Assembly (NCBI GenBank): GCA_004431415.1
Contig: QPMI01000671.1
Location: 1 to 64,000, forward strand
Reading direction: 5' to 3'
Length of the DNA: 64,000 nt
Origin: Cyanophora paradoxa CCMP329
Taxonomy: Eukaryota > Plantae > Glaucophyta
Part shown: positions 55,548-64,000 of the stretch, piece by piece
Layout: each line of letters opens with the position of its first letter
How positions within the stretch are numbered: the first letter of the stretch is position 1
The notes under the pieces: model-generated
What the model saw: only the letters and a program-made list of their open reading frames with translations
Database searches by the model: none
Told to the model about the DNA's origin: nothing
Position numbers and translations under genes: made by a program

Positions 55548-58500
55548 ATGCGCAAGAACCTGCTCCTCCTGTTGGGGTGCGCATTGCGTAACCAGGCGCG
55601 CATTGAACCGATGCATACCAAATCGCAGCGCGCTCGCCGTGGCCGTGGCGCTCGATGTGCCACTCGCAACCGGCTGGCGCCTGCGCGGCCTGGAGACGAA
55701 GATCGAGGTCCCGGCTGCCGTTCCAGGTGCGCTCGCGTGCCGTACGTCCGTGTCCGCTGACCGGGTTTCGGCAGGGACGGTGCAGACGGACCTCCTGGCG
55801 GCCGGCCGCATCAGCGATCCCTACTGGGGCTTCAACGAACGCGAGCAGCGATGGATCGCGCAGGAGACGTGGGAGTACTTTCTCAACTTCACGATCCCGG
55901 CCGAGGGATCGGCCCGCCTCATCTTCGAAGGGCTGGACACGTTCGCGTCCGTGTGGCTGGACGGGTCCCCGCTGGGCGAGGCGAGCAACGCGCACCGGCG
56001 CTGGTCCTTCGACCTCCCGCACGGCCCCGCCGCGGCGCCCGGCACGCACGAGCTCCGCGTCCGCTTCCGGCCCGTGGAGTCCGTCACGGCGCCGCTGGCG
56101 GCCGCCGGGGCGCGGCCGCTGCCGTGCGACCAGTACGCCCCGCCGGCGTCGGCGCGCGAGGCCCGCGGCCCGCGCTTCAACCGCTCCTTCGCCCGCAAGC
56201 CCGGCGTCGACTACGGGTGCCGCCCGCGCCCCTCCTCGCTACTCGCGGGCCTTGATGCGTACCCCCCGGGGCAGGTGGAACTGGGCGCCGGCGCTGCTGC
56301 CCGTCGGCATCCACCGCCCCGCCCGCCTCCAGATCCTCTCCGGCCCGACCATCACGTACCCCTTCCCCGCCGCCCCGCCGCCTCCTCTCCCGAGCGCCCC
56401 GCAGGTACCTCTCGGTGCAGCGGCAGTCTGTGGGGGACGACGGCTCCTTCCTCGTCTCCCTCCGATGCTTCCTCCACGCCCCGCCCCCTGTGCTCCCTAC
56501 CCCCCTCCCCTCCCCCCCCCGCCCCCCCTTCCTCTCCAGCACCCCCGGCGGGGCTCACGGCTCCCGCAGCGCGCGGCGTGCTAAGCGTGACCCTCGCCGG
56601 CGCCTCGGCCTCGCGCTCCGTGCGTGCGCCGGGCCCGGCGCGGGCGGTGTGCGCGATGCGGCGCGGCAGGTGTCGCTGCAGGCGGGCGCCTCCGGCGTGC
56701 CCCTCTCCATCGCCGTCAAGCCCGGCTCCTGTCCGCCCCCGTCCCCCTCCTCATCCCCGCCCCCCGACCCCCTCACCCCGCCCCGCAGACGAGCTCTGGT
56801 GGCCCAACGGGTGCGCCGTGCCCCTCGGGGCCCACCCCCTGCCTCCCTCTGACGCGCGCAGGCTCGGGGCGCGCCCCTTGTACGCGCTTGAAGGGACGTA
56901 CACGCCCGACTCGGGCGCCCCCGCCTCCCTCTCCGTGCAGGCGCCCGCCCCGCCCCCCCGCGCCGCGCCGCCCCGGCGCTCGACGCGGCGGCACGGGGGC
57001 AGTTCGGGTTCCGGACGGTGGAGTGGGTGCAGAGCGCGGACACGGCGGGCGGGGCGAGCTTCTACGCGCGCGTCAACGGCCGCCCCGTCTTCCTCAAGGG
57101 CGCCGCCTGGTGCCCCGCCCCGCCCCCCCCGCCCCCGCCCCCGGCCTCACGCACCCCCGCACGCGCGCACGCAGGGTCCCCCCCGACGCCTTCGAGCCCC
57201 GCGTCAGCGCGGAGCGCGTGTGGCACCTCGCCGCCTCCGCCGCCGCCGCCGGCATGAACGCCCTCCGTGTCTGGGGCGGCGGTGACCCCCGCCCCGCCCG
57301 CGGGCCGCGTCTGCCCTGCGCCCCCTCACCCCGCGACGCTCGCAGGGTCGTACGCGCCGGCGGCGCTGTACGAGGCGGCGGACCGCCTCGGGCTCCTCAT
57401 CTGGCAAGACTTCGCCTTCGCCTGGCCCGCCCGCCCCGCGCCCCGCCCGCCCCTCCCCCTGCCCCCCGCGACCCCCCGGCGCGCGCAGCTGCCTGTACCC
57501 CGCCGACGACGCCTTCCTCGAGAACGTGCGCCACGAGGTCGAGCAGCAGGTACCCCCTCGCCGCCCCGTCCCCACCGCACGCCCGCTCAGCCCCCGTCGA
57601 AGGTGCGGCGGCTGTCGAGCCACGCGAGCCTCGCGCTCTGGTGCGGGGGCAACGAGAACGGTGCGGGGCGCGGGGCGCTGTGGCGGCCTGGGGTGGCGCC
57701 TGAGCCTCGTCGCCCCTCAGAGCTGGCCCTCGCCGAGTGGTACAACGCCTCCGTCGCCGACCCCGCCCCCTACCGCGCCGACTGTCCGCCCCGCCCCCGC
57801 ACCCCGCCCGCCTCTGCGCCCCGCCCTGGCCGGCGCCGAGGGGCTCGGGCGGGGGCAGACGAGCGGCTGGTGTACGGGACGGTGGGGGCGACGGTGGCGA
57901 AGGAGGACCCGGGGCGCCTCTTCTGGCCTTCCTCCCCCTCCTCGGGGCCCCGCTCGCCCCTCCCGCCCAACGCGGAGGGGGCGGGGGACCTGCACTACTG
58001 GCCCCGCTGGTCGGCCCTCGCCGGCGACCCCGTGGACGGGGCGCAGGACTGGGCCAACCCGTGCGCCCCGCCCTCGGGGGGCGCGTCGGGCCGGACGGGG
58101 CCCTCACGCCCTCACGCCGGCGCCGCAGCTACGCGGAGTTCCTCGCGGGGTACCGCCGCCTCCGGCCCCGCTTCGCCTCCGAGGTCCCCGCGCCCCCGCG
58201 CACCCCCGCCCCTCCCCTTCGATCTCAACTCCTCGCCCTCGCGCGGGGGCAGTTCGGGGCGCTCGCCTTCCCCTCCGCCGCGGAGCTGGGCGCGTACGCC
58301 CCCCCGGGGCAGCTGCACCCCGTCTCCCCCTTCCTCCAGTGGCGCACCCGCTCCCCCTTCGGCAACGTCGAGACCCTCGGCAAGGCCCGCCCGCCCCGCC
58401 CCTCCGGGATCCCGCCCCCTCCTTCGTTTCCACGAGCCGGCGGCAGATCGGGCAGTGGTTCCGGGAGACGGGGGGCGACGACTACGGGCGCTTCGCGTAC

Positions 58501-59775
58501 CTCTCGCAGGTGCTGCAGGGGTACACCCTCCGCAACGCCATCGAGCACTTCCGCCGCCTCGCCCCCCGCACCATGGGCGCCCTCTACTGGCAGGCCCGCC
58601 CGCCCCGCCCCGCCCCGCCCCGCCCGCCGCCCGCCCCAAAGCGCTCACTTTGGAGGGCAGCTGAACGACATCTGGCCGGGCCCGTCGGAGAGCACGCTGG
58701 AGCACTCGGGGGCGTGGCGCGCCTCCCACTACGCCGCCCGCGCCGCCTTCCGCTCCCCGCTCGCCCCCTCCGCCCTCCAGGCCGACGCCGGCGCCCTCGA
58801 GCTCTGGGTCGCCAACGACGGGCCCCACGACGCCCTCGGCACCCTCCACGCGCACCTCTGGCGCTGGGACGGGGCCCGCCCCGCCCGCGAGCTCGAGTTC
58901 CCCTTCGCCGTCCCCGCCGCCGCCGCCGCCCTCGCCGCCCGCCTCAAGCTCCCCAAGCTCTTCGCCCCCGCGCCCCCGTCCGCCCCGCCCGCCCCGCCCC
59001 CGCCCTCGGACGCGAGCCCCGCCGAGGCCGGCGCCGCCGCAGGGACGAAGCGGAGGTGCGCGGGCTGCCGCCGCTGCTGGCGGCGCAGGCCCCGGGGCGC
59101 GTCCGCGGGGCTCGCCCGGAGCCGTGCCCTCCCCGCCTCCTCTTTTGCACGGGGTCCCGCTGAGCGCCCGCAGGCCGGCGCCGGCGGCAGCCTGTACCCC
59201 CGAGACCTGCTTCCTCGCGTCCGCTCCCGTCCTTCTCCCCGCACCGCGCACGCGCCCCCTCTCACCGCTTTCTCTCCCCCGCAGGCTGTACATCCAGCGG
59301 GGGGCCGCCCCCGTCGAGCGCTCCCGGCCGGACGCGTGGCACCCCTTCGCGCCGCCCAAGGACTGGGACTTCGGCTCCGCTGTACCCCACATCAAGGTGC
59401 GCTGTACCCGCCACGAACGCCGTGTACGCGCGCCGAACCCGGGAGGGGGTCCAGCTGGAGGGGGGGCCGTTCCCGGAGGGGGACGTGGAGGAGGAGGGGG
59501 CGGGGCGGGTGTGCGGGGCCGGCGGGGAGGGCGCCGCGCCGCGCAAGGGCTTGCGGCTCTCGGCCTCGAGCCCCGTGCCGCACGCGGTGCTGGAGGCGCC
59601 GCGGGGGGTCCCGGGCTGGTTCACGCAGGGGGACGCCCTGCTCCTCCCGGGGGCGCCCCTCGCCGTCGGCTTCTGCCCCTGGTCCCCCGCCCCCCTCGAG
59701 CCCGCCCGCGCCGCCCTCCGCCACGCCGCCCCCCGGAAGCAGCACAAGAGCCACGATCACGATCGTGAATTATAG
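55548..59775 (+). CDS. MANBA-like: Beta-mannosidase, glycoside hydrolase family 2 (signal peptide, many exons)
   Basis: VPG|TVQTDL..DPY, FEGLDTFA, RKPGVDYG|WNW, LWWPNG, VNGRPVFLKG, MNALRVWGGG, GLLIWQDF, LWCGGNEN|E (acid/base), RFASE|FG (nucleophile), GALYWQ|LNDIWP. Confidence 0.95.
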
Positions 59776-60722
59776 ACACTCCGAGTTCGAGATTTCACAT
59801 GTACATGACAACGTAAGAATAATGGATACTATGATAGTTGAAAAAGAAACCGCGATGCCTTTGGTCATGGGTTGAAGGCGCCTTGAAACACCCAAATTAT
59901 TGAATGATGAAAATGAAGCGAGCTCGGAAGCCTTGAAAATCGCCGGCCGCGGCACATTAGTGGCACATGTACAGACTCCGGGACTTCAATTGCAAGGCTT
60001 CCAAATAAGGCTTCCTCGGAGTTCAAAAAGTTCTGGTTTGCCTAGTAGTTTACGTTCGAGGGCAGGTACCCGTTTGGGTACAAGACCAGAGACCGGAACA
60101 GCATGCCATGATGGCGGCGAGGAATTCGCGATGGGACCGTCCGACGGTCGGACTCATGATCAAGTGTTTCACGCCGTGACGCATCACAGTATTTGAAAGT
60201 AGCGCGGCCCCTTGGGGCCTCACCGAGCCAGGCCTCTGCTTTGCCAAGGTGAAAATTTAAACCCCGGGCCCTTCTCTCATGATCACTGAGTCAAGCCTGC
60301 AATTCCGAAGTTCTGACAGTGTGCACGTGGGCCCAGCGGCGTCTTAAATTTCAACTTTTCCGAATTTCATTTCGTTCTGATGGCCCATAGCCAGTGGCGT
60401 CCGACTCGCGGCGGCTCGGCGAGTTGGGGCCTCGGAGTCTCTTAGGCTACACGCCATGTACATGTTGATATTCAATTCCTAAATTATACGTATACGTATA
60501 CATTTACAATGGCACGCAATCTACAGGTACTAGGTGCGTCTTCGGTCGATGCCGACGCGTACGCCGTGGCGCGGACTCGGGAGCTCTCAGCCTGGATAAA
60601 TCTAACTCGCATGCGAATCCGGAAACTGGAAGGGGTGAAAGCGAGGGGCGGCTGGGGAGAGAGTGGAGGGAGAGAGAGTGGCGGAGCGCCGCGGCGTGGC
60701 GGCTCGGGGCGGGGCCGGGGGC

Positions 60723-62978
60723 CTACTCGGCGTCGAGGGAGGCCTCGAGGAAGCTGTCCTCGATCTCCTCCAGTTGCCGCCCCGCCGTCTCCGGCATCCG
60801 CCGCGCGATGTACAGCGACGAGAGGAGGCCCACGACCCCTGCCCGGCGCCGCCCCCGCGGCGTCAGGGCGGGGCGCCCGGGGCGCGGGAGGGGCGGGGCG
60901 GGCCGAAGGCGATGAAGACGGCGGCGTCGCCGACGGCGGCGGAGGCGGCCGGGAAGGCGGCGCTCGTGACGATCTGGCGCAAAGCGGGTTGGGGCGCTGG
61001 GGCGGGGCGGGCGGGGAAGGGGGCGGGGACCTGGTAGAGGCAGAGGAGGAAGCCGGAGAGGGAGAGGGCGGCCCCCCGGCAGCGCTGCGGGAAGAGCTCC
61101 GTGATCTGCCCGCCGCCCCCGCCCTCAGCGCCCCCCCCGCGCGGGGCCTCCGGGCGGGGCAGGGCGGGGCGGACGGCGACGTAGAAGAGGGGCCCGACGC
61201 CGATCTCGAAGGCGGCGATGAAGAGCGAGACGGCGATGACCGCGAGGGGGCCTTCGGCGGGGTCAGCGGGGGCGCGGGGGCGCGGGGGCGGCAGGGGCGG
61301 GGGCGACCGAGGGCGGGGCGGAAGGCGGGGACGCCGAAGGCGAGGCCCAGGAGGAGGTCGGCAGCCCCGACGACCGCCAGGCCCCCGATCAGCAGCGGCC
61401 GCCGCCCCACGCTGTCGATCAGCCGGATCGCTGCCCCGCCTGTGAGAGGTGCGTGCACGCGCTGGCGGGGCGCACGGGAGGCCGGCGGGACGCACAGGCG
61501 AGTGCCGTCAGCAGGTTCCACACCCCCATGCACATCGTCGGGATGAGCGACGAGGCGCCGAAGCTGCCGGGGGGCGCGTCGCCGGCGGGCCGGCGCCGGT
61601 CGGGGGGCGCGGGGGCGGACCCGGAGCGGCGGAAGAGGGCGGGGGCGTAGTAGATGATCACGTTGATGCCCGTGCACTTCTTCGCGAACGTGATCACCAT
61701 CGCCAGCGCCAGCGGGCCCCATTGCTGCGCGCTCGAGCTCGCCGGGGCGGGGGCGGCGGGGGCGGGCGGGCGAGGCGCGCCTCGCGCTCGAAGAGGGCGG
61801 CGAGGCCCGTCTTGGTGCTGACGGAGCGCCGCGAGGCCGGCCGCCCCTCCTGCTCCGGCCCCGCCAGCGCCCCCGGCTCCCGCGCGAGCGTCGAGTCCCC
61901 GTTCTGCGGGGCGGCGGTGAGGGAGGGCGGGGCGGGGGCCGCAGAGGGGGGCGGGGGGCGGCGCGCCAGGCCCTGGGCGCGGTGGGCGAGCCAGCGGGCG
62001 CTCTCGGGGAGGTGCCGCACGAGGAGCACCAGCGCGAGCCCGGGGGCCGCCCCTGGCCCCCGCCCCGCCTCAGAGGCCGGAGCAACCGCGAGAGAAGGCG
62101 GGCTGGAAGCGGACCGAGGGCGAAGATGCCGCGCCAGCGCCAGGAGTCGCCCTCGGGCTCGCCCGAGGCGTTGAAGGCGTAGGCGCTGACGTAGGCGGCG
62201 AGGGTGCCCACGCAGATGCCGATCTGGAAGACCGTCCCCATGCGCCCCCGCGCCTCCGCCTCCGCCACCTCCGACACGTACAGCGGGATCGACCTGCCGT
62301 GGCGGCGGCGTCAGCGGGGCGGGGGGCGGTGCGGGCGGGCGGGGGCGGGCGCGCGTGATGGCGATGCCGGCGCCGACGCCGCCGAGGAGGCGGAAGGCGA
62401 TGATGGACCAGAAGTCCCACGCGAGCGCGCTCCCCGCAGCGCCCAGCGCCGCCAGCGCCCCTGCCGCCAGCACCGTCATCCGCCGCCCGAACCGGTCCGC
62501 GATCGCCCCGCCCTTCGGGCTCCCCACCTGCACCCCGCAGGCGCGCTCGAAACGCGGGGAAGAAGGGGAAGAGGGCGAAGAGGGGGCGCTCGCACCGCCA
62601 TGCCGACGAGCGCGGAGGCGACGAGGATGCCGAGGCGCCAGTGGCCGAGGCCGAACTGGTGGGCAATCAGCACGGAGGCCCCCGCGATGTTCGCCGAGCC
62701 GTAGCCGTAGGTCACGCCCCCGAGGATGGCGAGGAGCAGCGTCTTTCGTAGCAGGACCTCCGGCGACACCGCGTAGACGTACGTCGGCTGCGGCGCCCGC
62801 GTCGGCACCGCGGGCGCTGCGCGACCGCGCGCGCGGGGCGGCGCACCGTCGGCGTCCGCTTAATCACTGTCCCGTAGGCGGGTAGGACCACCGCGGCGCG
62901 TTCCCGCACGGCGTCGCGTTTCTCATCCTCATACGTGTACAGGTTGATCCCGGGCGCCTCGACCGACGCGGGCGCCAT
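60723..62978 (-). CDS. MFS sugar-porter family transporter
   Basis: GGVTYGY, IADRFGRR, FRLLGGVG, PLYVSEVA..EARG, LPESARWL, GINVIIYYAP, IDSVGRRPLL, TELFPQRCRG, MPETAGRQLEEI. Confidence 0.93.
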
Positions 62979-63366
62979 CGCCGGACTCGCCGCTACGGCT
63001 GGCGCCGCGCGTACGACCGGCCGCGGCGAGGGTTTTTACCGAGCACGCCTAGAGTCCTGTGCTGAGTCGTGTGCGCCTCGGCCGGGCTGGCGTTGGGAGG
63101 GCTGATGAAAGGTGCGGCGGGGGTATCGCCGAATCGGCTGCAAACGGGGTACGGTCTGAACGTCGTCTGGACGTCGTCGAGCAACTAGAGCGCTCTCACA
63201 CTGTTAGACAGCTCTGGAATAGCTCAGCGACGCCGTTCACCCTCAGCTGTCTCCGAGCCGGAGCAACTGGAGCTGTCTCCAGACAGACTGCGTGCTTGCG
63301 CCCGGTGGTTCCACGATGCCTAGGTAACAGAACGACCAGGCGTAAGCCGCATATTGGAGGGGCGCC

Positions 63367-64000
63367 ATGCGTCCCCTGCCTGGTCTTGCAGTCCTCTGCC
63401 TGTTGACGCTTCTGTGCGGGCGAGCACTGGCAAGCTTCCGGCCGGACCGAATATACAACGGCGGAGAGCATGTACCAGGCTCCGGGACCAGCGCTGGGCG
63501 CGGTCTCAAGGAGGACAGCGCAGCGGACCCCCACGAATTGGCGGACCCGGACAAGCACGGGCACAAGGCGAGCATGCAGGGCCGCAGCGCCTCGCCGTGG
63601 CGGGGCGCTGAGGGCGGGCGGCGCCTCGCAGATCTTGCTGCACGAGGAGGTGCTCGACACGCGGTGGTCGGGCGAGCAGGGGGCCGGCGAGGACGCGGCC
63701 GGCGCGGCGGCGGCGGCGATGCGGCGGCTGCTGGAGGCCGCGGAGGAGGCGGGGGACGAGCGGCACCAGACCCTCCTGGTCCGCAGCACGCCCCCGCCCG
63801 CCCCCGCCCGCCCCCGCCCCCACGCCGACGCTGGCCCGCGACGTGGCCCGCGGTCCGCAGGTGCACGTGAGCGGGCCGGTGACGTCGGAAGTGCGGGCGG
63901 AGATAGAGGCGGCGGCGGGCCTGCAGCTCGGCTCCTACGTGCCGCACAACGCCTTCCTCGCCAGCGCCCTCCCCTCGCAGCTGCAGGCGCTCCGGTGCGG
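63367..64000 (+). CDS. Secreted protein, probable subtilisin-like (S8, Kp43/TagC-type) pro-region; runs off the window
   Basis: Signal peptide MRPLPGLAVLCLLTLLCGRALA, then LL|VHVSGPV...AAGLQLGSYVPHNAFL, resembling the S8 pro-domain. Catalytic domain not visible. Confidence 0.5.

Noticed and set aside
1-64000. tRNA/rRNA genes
   Set aside because: None recognised by eye; tRNAscan-SE or Infernal would be needed to exclude them.

Overview
Very GC-rich eukaryotic genomic DNA, probably a flagellated protist or alga; the species cannot be determined from the window. Host genes carry many short (~60-75 bp) G/C-rich introns, a large share of them GC-AG. The left ~30 kb is a mobile-element island with three parts. 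(1) 1-~8.7 kb: a minus-strand LTR-retrotransposon-like gag/protease region with ~4.9 kb between the CCHC knuckle and the DTG protease. (2) ~8.8-26.7 kb: a candidate large element containing a Bro-N-like/Ulp1-protease/tyrosine-recombinase fusion gene, a Vps4/katanin-type AAA ATPase, a stand-alone GIY-YIG nuclease, an intronless beta-propeller-like ORF and two convergent tandem-repeat arrays; this is the most novel-looking structure. (3) 26.8-30.0 kb: a non-autonomous element with 264-bp direct repeats and a 4-bp flanking duplication. The right half holds host genes: ADCY10-like soluble adenylyl cyclase, PPP1R36-like, a divergent pair of WBP2/PH-GRAM-like paralogues separated by a 2.4-kb tandem triplication and a 708-bp TIR element, a TKL kinase with two ZZ fingers, a GH2 beta-mannosidase, an MFS sugar porter with an altered binding site, and the 5' end of a probable subtilisin. 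Many frameshifts fall in homopolymers and may be sequencing errors. All family calls come from motif recognition by eye, with no database searches.
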